Shown piece by piece: positions 33,980 through 45,047 of a stretch of DNA of 64,000 bases; position 1 is the stretch's first letter; every line of letters begins with the position of its first letter. A program made the position numbers and the translations under genes. The DNA comes from Macrostomum lignano. Lineage: Eukaryota. Under the pieces are notes generated by a model. That model searched no databases and was not told where the DNA came from. It saw only the letters and a program-made list of their open reading frames with translations. The stretch covers positions 62,001 to 126,000 of the forward strand of contig NIVC01001545.1 of the NCBI GenBank assembly GCA_002269645.1, written 5' to 3'.

Positions 33980-36851
33980 ATGACCAAAATGAAGAAGAAA
34001 TTCACTCGCGGCGAGGCCACCACCTTCATCTCGCGCAAGCAGGCGCTGAAGCGGCTGCAGCTCTCGCTGAACGACTTCCGCCGGCTGTGCATCCTGAAGG
34101 GCGTCTACCCGCAGGAGCCGGTCAACAGGCGCCGGGTGAACAAGGGCTCTTCAACGCCAAAGGTGTACTATCACCTGAAGGACATCCAGTTCCTCGGCCA
34201 CGAGCGGGTCATGCAGAAGCTGCGCGACATCAAGGCTCACCTGAAGAAGGCCAAGCGGGCCAAGGAGCGCGGCGAGATGCACACGGTGGACCGGCTGCAG
34301 AGGAATTTCCCCGCCTACACCCTGGACCACATCATCCGGGAGCGCTACCCGGCATTCGAGGACGCGGTCAGGGATCTGGACGACTGTCTCTGCCTGTGCT
34401 TCCTGTTCTCCCGCCTGCCCAAAGAGCGCGGAGTCCCCGTGGAGCAGATCCGGCTGTCCGCCCGGCTGACTGTGCAGTTCCTGCACTGGGTCATCGCCGC
34501 CCGGGCCCTGCGCAAAGTGTTTGTGAGCATCAAGGGCTACTACTTCGAAGCGGACGTCAACGGCGTGTCCGTGGTGTGGTCGGTGCCGCACCAGCTGGGC
34601 CTGCACGACCCGGCCGATGTGGACTTCAAAATTCTGCGCACTTTCAACGATTTTTACACCACCATGCTGGGGTTCGTCAACTACAGGCTGTACAGCAGTC
34701 TGGGACTGGCTTACCCGCCTGCGCTGGCTAACGAGGTGAGCTAGTCTTTGTTTCGTGCTTTCCTATTGTACAATTCACCATACTGATCCTAAAGGCCGTG
34801 TGATAATTCCAAAATCCAGTCTCATTATCCCAAAATCTCATCTCATAGTCCCAAAATCCCATCTCATGATCCCCAAATCCCATCTCATGATCCAGAAATC
34901 CCATCATAATCTCTAAATCCCATCTCATGATCCCAAAATCCCATCTCATGATCCCAATTTTTATCTCACGATCCCAAAATCCCATCTCACAATCCCCAAA
35001 TCCCATCTTACAATCCCAAAATCCCATCTCATAATCCCAATGCCTAACTCATGATTCAGAATCCTATCTCGTTCTCAAAATCTTAACTCGTGATCCCAAG
35101 ATCTCATTCTCATCTCACAATCCCAATCCAAAGTACATGCTGAACTAAGCCCCTCCGAACGCCGCTCCGCCCAGGTGGACCCCTCCGACTACTGCCAGAC
35201 CGGCGAGGCCCACGAAGAGTTCATGGCGTCGCTCAACCAGCCGCTGTTGAGTCGCCGTGGCGGCGAAGCCGAGGGCAACCCGGCCGAGCCGGACGACTTC
35301 CCGGACGAGGAGGCCGAAGGCGCCGAGGCGGCCAGCGCCGCCAGGCGGAAGGCGCGCGCCCAGCAGCGGCTGTTCAACGGCTGCCGCTTTTTCTTGAACA
35401 GGGAGACCCCCAGGCAGATTCTCTGCTTTGTGATTCGCTCCTGCGGCGGCGAGGTGAGCCACCAGCCCACCCACACCCCATCAGCCCATCCCACACCCCA
35501 CCAGCCCATCCCACACCCCATCAGCCCATCCCACACCCCACCAGCCCATCCCACACCCCATCAGCCCATCCCACACCCCACCAGCCCATCCCACACCCCA
35601 TCAGCCCATCCCACACCCCATCAGCCCATCCCACACCCCATCAGCCCATCCCACACCCCATCAGCCCATCCCACACCCCATCAGCCCATCCCACACCCCA
35701 TCAGCCCATCCCACACCCCACCAGCCCATCCCACACCCCATCAGCCCATCCCAAACCCCACCAGCCCATCCCACACCCCATCAGCCCATCCCACACCCCA
35801 CCAGCCCATCCCACACCCCATCAGCCCACCCACACCCCATCAGCCCATCAGCCCATCCCACACCCCACCAGCCCATCCCACACCCCATCAGCCCGTCCCA
35901 CACCCCATCAGCCCATCCCACACCCCACCAGCCCATCCCACACCCCACCAGCCCATCCCACACCCCATCAGCCCATCCCACACCCCATCAGCCCATCCCA
36001 CACCCCATCAGCCACCCCACACCCCACCAGCCCATCCCACACCCCACCAACCCACCCACACCCCATCAGCCACCCCACACCCCACCAACCCACCCACACC
36101 CCATCAGCCACCCCATGACTCTCCCAATGCCACGCGCATTTTATTCCCATCCCAGTCGCCCCGGTTCTCCCTAACCCCCCCCCCCCCAACTGCCGCGCCG
36201 ACCCTGCAGGTGTCCTGGTCGCCGCTGAGCGGGCCGGGCAGCCGCTACCCGGAGTCGGACCAGCGCGTCACCCACCAGATTGTCGACCGGCCGCTCGGCG
36301 ACAGCCGGCTGTCCGGCCGGGCCTACGTGCAGCCGCAGTGGGTGTTCGACTGCGTGAACAGCGGCTCGCTGCTGCCCACCGGAGACTTCGCGCCCGGCCT
36401 GCCGCCGCCGCCTCACCTCAGCCCGTTCGCCGCCTACTCAGCTGACGATGCCGACGGAGGCGATGAAGCCGCCCAGCTGCCCTACTCGGCCACTCGGTCG
36501 GCGCCGCCAGACCCCGTGGAGCTCCGGCGACCGTCCGCTGCCGCTGAACTGGAGGAGGAGGACGATTATGAAGCTGAGGATGCTGCGAAGCGGGAAACTG
36601 CCGCTGCCGATGCAGCTCAGGTCGGGAAGCAGCAGAAAAATCAGAAAAAGCCGTCCGTGGTTGCCGAGGGAACTCAGCGTCGAACTCAGGACGCCAAGCA
36701 GGCGGCGGCCGAGGAGCGCCGGCTCCGGGAGATGATGCTGCCGAAGAAGCACAAGCAGCTGTACAAGAAGATGGTCTTCTCCCGGAAGCGGCAGGCTCGC
36801 GAGTCCGCCCAGCTGGCCGAGAAAAAGCAGAAACGGCAGCGAACTGCCTGA
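33980..36851 (+). CDS. PES1: Pescadillo homolog (PeBoW complex); exons 33980-34735, 35175-35453, 36210-36851 (~558 aa)
   Basis: N-terminal [77 protein letters not shown]; BRCT ([28 protein letters not shown]); C-terminal [15 protein letters not shown]. Confidence 0.96.
34800..35130. repeat. Degenerate ~21-bp repeat (aaaatcccatctcatgatccc), PES1 intron 1
   Basis: Direct. Confidence 0.8.
35458..36120. repeat. C/A-rich minisatellite (cacaccccatcagcccatcc), PES1 intron 2
   Basis: Direct. Confidence 0.92.
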
Positions 36852-37084
36852 GACTGCAATAAAACTCGTTGCCGCATTTTCAGCATTTTCTAACGCGATG
36901 CGATATGGGTGACCTGCGACTTCAGCTTGAAGAATAAATACAAATCCTATCGATTGTGGCCAGGACCGGAGCTGCAGAGCTGGCGGTCGGTGCTCTGATA
37001 ATTCTTGTGCTTCTGAGGCCTCGGCTTGCAGACTTTTCTTCTTTTTTGGGTGCACCGTTGTGGAAGAGCTCAGCTCTGACACTG

Positions 37085-38095
37085 CTGAACTGATGGTTTG
37101 GGGTGGCTGCAGTGTCAGAGCTGATGATTTTAGGGTGGCTGCAGTGTCAGAGCTGATGATTTTAGTGTGGCTGTGGTGTCAGAGCTGATGATTTTGGTGT
37201 GGGTGGCTGCAGTGTCAGAGCTGATGATTTTGGGGTAGGTGGCTGCAGTGTCGGAGCTGACGATTTTGATGTGGCTGTAGTGTCAGAACTGATGATTTTG
37301 GTGTGGCTGTAGTGTCAGAGCTGATGATTTTGGGGTGGGTGGCTGCAGTGTCGGAGCTGACGATTTTGGTGTGGCTGTAGTGTCAGAACTGATGATTTTG
37401 GTGTGGCTGTAGTGTCAGAGCTGATGATTTTGGTGTGGCTGTAGTGTCAGAACTGATGATTTTGGGGTGGCTGTAATGTCAGAGCTGATGATTTTGGTGT
37501 GGCTGTAGTGTCAGAACTGATGATTTTGGTGTGGCTGTAGTGTCAGAGCTGATGATTTTGGTGTGGCTGCAGTGTCAGAGCTGATGATTTTGGGGTGGCT
37601 GCAGTGTCAGAGCTGATGATTTTGGGGTGGCTGCAGTGTCAGAGCTGATGATTTTGGGGTGGGTGGCTGCAGTGTCAGAGCTGATGATTTTGGGGTGGGT
37701 GGCTGCAGTGTCAGAGCTGATGATTTTGGGGTGGCTGCAGTGTCAGAGCTGATGATTTTGGGGTGGCTGCAGTGTCAGAGCTGATGATTTTGGGGTGGGT
37801 GGCTGCAGTGTCAGAGCTGATGATTTTGGGGTGGGTGGCTGCAGTGTCAGAGCTGATGATTTTGGGGTGGCTGCAGTGTCAGAGCTGATGATTTTGGGGT
37901 GGCTGCAGTGTCAGAGCTGATGATTTTGGGGTGGGTGGCTGCAGTGTCAGCTGATGATTTTGGGGTGGGTGGCTGCAGTGTCAGAGCTGATGATTTTGGG
38001 GTGGGTGGCTGCAGTGTCAGAGCTGATGATTTTGGGGTGGGTGGCTGCAGTGTCAGCTGATGATTTTGGGGTAGCTGCAGTGTACACTGACGTCA
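37085..38095. repeat. ~31-35-bp minisatellite (gtggctgcagtgtcagagctgatgattttggg)
   Basis: Direct. Confidence 0.93.
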
Positions 38096-38814
38096 GAGGT
38101 GATGATTTTGCGCACATTATTTCACATTCCACATCAATCTGAATTCCGAACGCAGCAGCTCCCTGTTCGCAGGGATTGCAGCAAAAATCAATCCTGTTTG
38201 CAGAGACTGGAGGAAAGCAGTGTTTTGTTTGCTTTTTTATCCCAGCTGTATCAGATACCGGAGTGGGGATTTCTGATTTCATGGGGCTGCAGTGCCTCAT
38301 CGCTATTCATCAAAATCTGCCTGTAAAAGGGCGGCAGGATATGGGAGAATTATCCCATATTTGTAGAAATCTGCAGTTGACAAATCTGCTGTTACTGATA
38401 TTGGGACACTGTGGGAGGCAATTCAATTGCAAGGACTATCGGTAATTGATTGCATTCAGGTGTTTGGCCATGGCGTGAGCACGTGTGTCACCGGGGATGC
38501 ATTTCTATAGCTCAGTTTGGCTGGGGCGACACGTGATTTCCTGCTGTCTCCCGTCTGTATCGGCTGGTCTGGGGATGGTCAGCATGCCCGTGTCAGTTTT
38601 TGCGGGGCTTTTTAGCTTCGTTTTTGTAAGCCTTAATAGGCTTTTAGTTTAATTTGGGCTACTCGGGGTTTACAGTTTAAAGGGATTTAGAAATTAATTA
38701 GGATTAAGCTTAGGGTCTGGACAGTCCACTATACTAAAAAAGTGAGTTGTCTCTCTAGGTAGATATGATACCTATAGATATACGAAGATCAAAAATCAAC
38801 CATAAAACAATTTG

Positions 38815-39305
38815 TCATGTCAAACCTAAAAGAAGCGTCATGTCAAACCTAAAAGAAGCGTCATGTCAAACCTAAAAGAAGCGTCATGTCAAACCTAAAA
38901 GAAGCGTCATGTCAAACCTAAAAGAAGCGTCATGTCAAACCTAAAAGAAGCGTCATGTCAGACATAAAAGAGGCGTCATGTCAAACCTAAAAGAAGCGTC
39001 ATGTCAAACCTAAAAGAAGCGTCATGTCAAACCTAAAAGAAGCGTCATGTCAAACCTAAAAGAAGCGTCATGTCAAACCTAAAAGAAGCGTCATGTCAAA
39101 CCTAAAAGAAGCGTCATGTCAGACATAAAAGAGGCGTCATGTCAAACCTAAAAGAGGCGTCATGTCAAACCTAAAAGAAGCGTCATGTCGGACATAAAAG
39201 AGGCGTCATGTCAAACCTAAAAGAAGCGTCATGTCAGACATAAACTAAGCGTCATGTCAAACCTAAAAGAAGCGTCATGTCACGCAAAAGAATTATCGTC
39301 ATGTC
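38815..39305. repeat. 23-bp minisatellite (gcgtcatgtcaaacctaaaagaa)
   Basis: Direct. Confidence 0.93.
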
Positions 39306-40171
39306 AAATCCATATACTAAAAATGTAAGACTAAGACTCGTGGGGGAGCTCACGGGGGATTTCAGAAATGCTAGGTGGCTCAAGGCTCATGCGGAATCGC
39401 TGAGAAGGGTCAATGGGAGCTGTTGGTAGAACGGTAGGTCAAGTCTTAAAGGAAGGCTTTGATGCCAAAGCTCGCAGGGGTGCTGATATCTTAGGCTAGA
39501 CGGCTTTCGTGCAGGTTTTTTATTCATAAGCATCATCTTACTGAAGAAACTAACAATCGCGACAGTACAGGGTCAAAACCTGGCATGCAGTTTATGTAAA
39601 AAGAAAATTATTCATTTCATCGTTGCCTCCCAACGGGGGGCGCAGATTGCTAGTTTAGAAACCAGGTTTCTGAGCGCACACGCAAGGGGTCCGTAAATTT
39701 TCGGGTTCCAACCAGAGTGTACAATTTACATGTTGCCGGCTTCAAGAAGCTGCAAAGTGATGAAGTTTCACTGGCTGAATTCCCCCAACTAGCAGCAGCC
39801 AATCGGCAAGCGGCTTCATCGCGCTCAGCAGCCATAAGTGGGGATGCCGCGGGCGCACGGGCCGTGCTGGCACCGTCCATCAGACAGCAGCCGTTCACTC
39901 CCACGCCAAGGCAAACACAGGACCCGCTCGGCACCAGGCAATTACAGGTGAGCTGAGCTGCTACTGGGGGCCTGAGACACTCGACACACTGCAGATTAGA
40001 CGAGGGATTTTTCTTAATTCCAAGCAAATTAATCCCAAACAAACACACAGCCCCCCCGCAGTTGACTGCCGCTCCCACCGCTCCGCCCCCGCTGCGCAAA
40101 TTAATTTCAGAAAACGGAATCCCCACCAGAATTTGTCCAGCTCGGAGACCAAAGCCACACATTTTGAGATT

Positions 40172-41185
40172 ATGTCGGCACCACTGCGCTCAGCGATGCT
40201 GCTCCTCGCTGCCACCCTCTGCCTGCTCTCGGGCACCTGGACCGGCGTGTCCGCTCACGAGACTGCCGTCCAGCGAATCTGCGGCCGGAACCCGTTCTCC
40301 CAGATGAAGCAGATGGCCGAGCAAATTCTCGGCCGCTATCTTGATGCGTGTAGGTGGAACAATTTCTTTAAGTATACCGTAAAACGGCCCTATTAGAGCA
40401 GAAACTCTATATGTGGAAATCTTACTTTGTACGTGTCGTTTAATTAGATTTTTTATCCTGTTCACCACAAAACGGCCCTTTAAGGGCACAAAGTTGAAAA
40501 ATGGAAACGATTAGGCGTAGTTGTTCCCCGAGTTCTCTGACTTAAGTGCCATAAAACGGCCCTTTCAAGGGCACAAACTTAATCGATTAGGTGTAGTTTT
40601 CCCTTTTTTTTATTAGAGGCAGGGGGTTGTGTGCACCCTGGCGCACTTTAAGCGACATAGGCACACAACCGGCGAGAGGCATTACTGCCCATTCCGCCGA
40701 CTCCCCTGAGCAGGCATACAAGCGCGCGGATACGTACGCAGGCACACACTCACACAGGAGTGTACAGCGGCCTTAACTTTATTTTATCGTTAGGCATGTA
40801 CACTTCACTGCGCCTTGGGGGGTTGGCTCTCAAGGCCGTTAATTGCACGAGCAGAGCCAAGCCGAGATTCCAATTCAGCCCCAAATTAATGTGACTGCAC
40901 TTGGAATCGAGCCTGGGTCGCTGGCACACCAGAGCAGCTGCGCTACCGCTGGGCTACGGCCCCCTAGTTTTTCCCATAGTTATCTCTGACTTACGTGCCA
41001 TAAAACGGCCCTTTTAAGGGCACCAAATCCGAAGTCAGCAATCGCATCGCATAGCATTTATTTCAGACGAGTTCAACGCGATATTCAACCGCGCCCTGAA
41101 CGACAAGTTTCGCGGGCGGCGCCTGAGACAGCTGGTCACCCAGTATCAGGACTGCCGGCTGGCGGTGGAGAACGGGCACTTCTGA
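40172..41185 (+). CDS. Small secreted protein of unknown family, 98 aa, exons 40172-40349 and 41067-41185
   Basis: Signal peptide MSAPLRSAMLLLAATLCLLSGTWTGVSA. A phase-1 GTAGGT...TTTCAG intron joins GC3-rich exons. Mature sequence HETAVQRICGRNPFSQMKQMAEQILGRYLDAYEFNAIFNRALNDKFRGRRLRQLVTQYQDCRLAVENGHF*. ATTAAA/AATAAA follow the stop. Confidence 0.75.
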
Positions 41186-41469
41186 GCTGGCCCTAAAGAT
41201 TCTTATTAAAGGCTTTGATATAATCTCTGGAAGCCCATGACGATCCTGACAGCAAATCCAGCAGCGGATAATAAAATTAATTTGCCGTTCACTGTGAACC
41301 GCTTTACTGTGAAAACCTTTTTGAGAGTCACAGTTTCAGACTACAATTCTAATAAAAACCGACCAAGACCGATCGCCACTGTTAATTTTATTTTCGCATC
41401 ACCGAGTTCGAAGACGGACAATCGATAAAATTTGTTTAAAATCGATCGATAGCGAGCCTTGAGCAGATT

Positions 41470-41797
41470 TCAGAGCTTTGAGGAATTAACGCTGCGCTTC
41501 CCCAGTAGGAAAGGGGATTTCTTTGCAAAGGCGATTGCCCTCTGTGTCCTGCCTGCCCGCTTGGACAGGGAGCCCGGGCCGGAAATGAATCCCGGGGAGC
41601 CTTCCAGCCTCAGTTGCCCTTCATCATGGCCAAGGGATCATCTTCATAAAATTCTGGAGTGAGGCTGCTCCGTGACGCCACTGCTTTCTCCTTTGTTGGC
41701 CACTCTCTCAAAACCGCTCCCTGCTCAGGCTCTGGCCGACCTGCTGTTTGACTCGAGAGCGGGGCCGCTCTGACAGCTGAGCACTCCAGTGACTGAA
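41470..41797 (-). CDS. Possible neuropeptide-precursor-like terminal exon (interrupted frame)
   Basis: The frame ends ...GSLSKR-AGRTQRAIAFA-KK-SPFLL-GKR-SVNSSKL*, with a minus-strand AATAAA ~80 nt downstream. The upstream frame is broken by TGA codons. Confidence 0.25.
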
Positions 41798-41989
41798 CTA
41801 AAGGCTCAGAGCCATCAAATTATTGGCTAAGTCTGACCGCAAAAGAATATCCCACAGCTCTTGACTGCCTCCAATAACCGCTTTTATTTATATCCCCTTG
41901 AGCACTCGCGGGCACTTGATGGGCTACAGATATCCCACCTGGGGATTTGGCTTCTTATTCTCCATCTAAAATTCAGCATTCTATGCATT

Positions 41990-42510
41990 ACCCATCATCC
42001 AACTTGAGCATTCAGCATCCTACACATTCCCCATCATCCCATCTGAACATTCAGCATCCTACACATTCCCCATAATCCCACCTGAGCATTCAGCATCCTA
42101 CACCTTCCCCATCATCCCACCTGAGCATTCAGCATCCTACACCTTCCCCATCATCCCACCTGAGCATTCAGCATCCTACACCTTCCCCATCATCCCACCT
42201 GAGCATTCAGCATCCTACACCTTCCCCATAATCCCACCTGAGCATTCAGCATCCTACACATTCCCTATCTCCCACCTGAGCATTCAGCATCCTACACATT
42301 CCCCATAATCCCACCTGAGCATTCAGCATCCTACACCTTCCCCATAATCCCACCTGAGCATTCAGCATCCTACACCTTCCCCATCATCCCACCTGAGCAT
42401 TCAGCATCCTACACCTTCCCCATAATCCCACCTGAGCATTCAGCATCCTACACATTCCCCATCATCCCACCTGAGCATTCAGCATCCTACACATTCCCCA
42501 TCATCCCACC
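41990..42510. repeat. 39-bp minisatellite (cacctgagcattcagcatcctacaccttccccatcatcc)
   Basis: Direct. Confidence 0.93.
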
Positions 42511-43009
42511 CGAGAAAGCAAGAAATTGAATTCCAAGAGCAGGCATCAGTGAGCCAAAGCTATCCCATAACTCCTCTTATTGTGACTGCAACAATATCAG
42601 GCAGAAACGAATTAACAAACAGAATCAAAGCAATACAAATCTCATCACGTGATCTCACGCTGGCAGAAGTATGCTCATGGCTCATACAAAGAGAGCAGCC
42701 AGCAGTCAGACTCAAACCGCTACTCATTTCCGCTACAATGCAACACGGCTTGCTCCTCTACACACGTCATCAAGTTTCCCATACAGAAAGGACGAGAGTC
42801 CCGGCTCAACCGCGGTCAGCTGGTCAGCCAAACTGGCTGCATTTCTGGCCACACGCGATGCCGCACTCAGCAAGCAGGGCAGTTAAGGATGCAAGATGCT
42901 TCTTCGACTCAACACTGTGTTTTCAACTAACTATTTACTGTCTATGTATCCGAAGAAACTATTCCACCTCCCTTTCAGGCCATTCTCCCCTTTCATATGC
43001 ATTTCCTCC

Positions 43010-43620
43010 CAGCATATCCGATCCCTGCATTCCCTCTCCCTACATTCCCAATCCCTGCATTCCCTCTCCCTACATTCCCAATCATTGCATTACCTCTCCC
43101 TACATTCCCGATCCCTGCATTCCCTCTCCCTACATTCCCAATCCCTGCATTCCCTCTCCCTACATTCCCGATCCCTGCATTCCCTCTCCCTACATTCGCG
43201 ATCCCTGCATTCCCTCTCCCTACATTCCCGATCCCTGCATTCCCTCTCCCTACATTCCCGATCCCTGCATTCCCTCTCCCTACATTCCCGATCCCTGCAT
43301 TCCCTCTCCCTACATTCCCGATCCCTGCATTCCCTCTCCCTACATTCCCGATCCCTGCATTCCCTCTCCCTACATTCCCTCTCCCTACATTCCCTCTCCC
43401 TACATTCCCTCTCCCTACATTCCCTCTCCCTGCATTCCCTCTCCCTACATTCCCTCTCCCTACATTCCCGATCCCTGCATTCCCTCTCCCTACATTCCCT
43501 CTCCCTACATTCCCGATCCCTGCATTCCCTCTCCCTACATTCCCGATCCCTGCATTTCCTCTGCCTACATTTCGATCCCTACATTTCCAATCCCTGCATT
43601 TCCGATTGCTGCATTCTCCC
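43010..43620. repeat. 30-bp C-rich minisatellite (cccgatccctgcattccctctccctacatt)
   Basis: Direct. Confidence 0.93.
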
Positions 43621-43844
43621 CCTACGTTCCGTCCCTGAATTTACAATCCCTGCAATGCCTTCCTGCATTTTCCCTTTTCCATCGCCATCATAAATAAACA
43701 GACAAGACAGCAGTCAGCAGCAATTACTAGTACAAAATGAACTTTATTTTGCTAACAAGCGCATGAAATTGCTGGCAACAATATTTTTATCAAGCAAGCG
43801 GATTACAAGCTGAATTATTGATTTGAATCTTTGTATTCGGGTCC

Positions 43845-44735
43845 TTAATCCCCTTGTTTCTCGGACTGCTGCTTTTGCTGTTGCTCCCGGACCCGCTCCA
43901 CCAGCCGGCCCTCCATCTCTGCCTTCTTCTCCGCCTTCTTCTTAGCCTTCTTCTCTTTCTTGGCCTCCTCCGAGCGGGCCTCCTTCAGCCGGATGAACTT
44001 GTCGTCCTGGGCGTCAACCCGGAAGCCGAAGTGGTCCCTGGCCTCCTCCAGCTCGGCCAGCTTGGCCGCCGCCGCCTCCTCCTTGGCCTGGCGCGCCCTG
44101 GCCTGGCGGGCCTCAAACTTGGCGAGCTCCTCGGGCATCCGGGCCAGACCGGCGTCAATCCTGGCGTCCAGCTCCGCCAGCCGCCTGCGGCGCTCCTCAG
44201 CCGCCTCAGCCCGCCTGCTCAGCATCCCGGCCAGCCCGGAGCCGTCCAGATCGCCTTCCAGCCAGCGGTCCCTGGCGGTGGCCTCGGCCAGTTGGTCGGG
44301 TTCCGGCCAGCAGGCCGAGGGTTCGAGTCCCGTGGCCGCGGCGCCGAACCGGCCGATGCAGGCCCGCTGGTAGTCGCGGCCGGCCTCCAGGGCGTTGGCC
44401 GGCGGTGGGAAGCCGGACTCCGCCGAGCCGTTGAGGCGGCGGCGCAGCCGCCGCGGCAGGCCGCTGATGTCGGCCACCAGGGCGGCGCTCTCCGCCGCCG
44501 CCGCCGCCGGTTCGACTTCGCCGAATTCAACGGCTTCGTCCAGCTGCTTAAGCCGTTCGCGGCGCTCCGACATCCACTGGTCGTGAATGTCCGGCTGGCG
44601 TCGGCGCAGGTTGAAGTCGTCGACAAGCGAGTGCGGCCGATGCCATCGGGCAGCCACGTGCTTGTAGGCCAGGCCGCGGCGGGGGCAGCGGCTGCGGACC
44701 GCCCCGTGCTTGAGCAGCCCGCCGAGTTTGGCTTG
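43845..44735 (-). CDS. GADD45GIP1: GADD45GIP1/CRIF1, mitochondrial ribosomal protein mL64; main exon, start exon unresolved
   Basis: YQRACIGRFGAAATGLEPSACWPEPDQLAE, LARMPEELAKF and EARDHFGFRVDAQDDKF align by eye with the CRIF1 family (ARYGAASGV.PGSLWPSPEQL; MAKMPQM; LGYQVDPRSARF). Lys/Glu coiled tail. No in-frame ATG in this exon. Confidence 0.85.
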   Translation of the reverse strand, partial: QAKLGGLLKHGAVRSRCPRRGLAYKHVAARWHRPHSLVDDFNLRRRQPDIHDQWMSERRERLKQLDEAVEFGEVEPAAAAAESAALVADISGLPRRLRRRLNGSAESGFPPPANALEAGRDYQRACIGRFGAAATGLEPSACWPEPDQLAEATARDRWLEGDLDGSGLAGMLSRRAEAAEERRRRLAELDARIDAGLARMPEELAKFEARQARARQAKEEAAAAKLAELEEARDHFGFRVDAQDDKFIRLKEARSEEAKKEKKAKKKAEKKAEMEGRLVERVREQQQKQQSEKQGD

Positions 44736-44842
44736 CAGTGAGCTTAGCAGAAGGTGCAACCGGGGGGGGGGGGTTGGTTCTGCAACCGGAATCGAGCTCG
44801 GTACCTTTTAAAGGTTTTAAAGAGTTTTCTTGAATTATTCAG

Positions 44843-44845
44843 TAA

Positions 44846-44909
<64 letters not shown>

Positions 44910-44936
44910 TGGTGTCTGTCTGTCTGTCTGTCTGTA

Positions 44937-44979
<43 letters not shown>

Positions 44980-44990
44980 TGGTGTCTGTC
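44843..44990. repeat. (GTCT)n microsatellite
   Basis: Direct. Confidence 0.97.
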
Positions 44991-45047
44991 TACAGTGTGC
45001 ACAGCAGCCTTCAGACATGTACACTCTTTGAGCATTGTGCGGTTTGG

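Noticed and set aside
33838-37082. Off-frame and antisense ORFs over PES1
   Set aside because: Shadows of a high-GC3 coding sequence.
41600-41760. In-frame TGA codons as selenocysteine
   Set aside because: No redox motif context or recognisable SECIS; frame disruption or non-coding DNA is simpler.
42549-43697. Three overlapping long Pro/Ser/His-rich ORFs
   Set aside because: They arise from a 30-bp C-rich repeat that lacks stops in all frames.
44789-44805. gaatcgagctcggtacc resembling the pUC EcoRI-SacI-KpnI polylinker
   Set aside because: Only 17 nt with one gap, and the flanks are not vector-like; probably chance.
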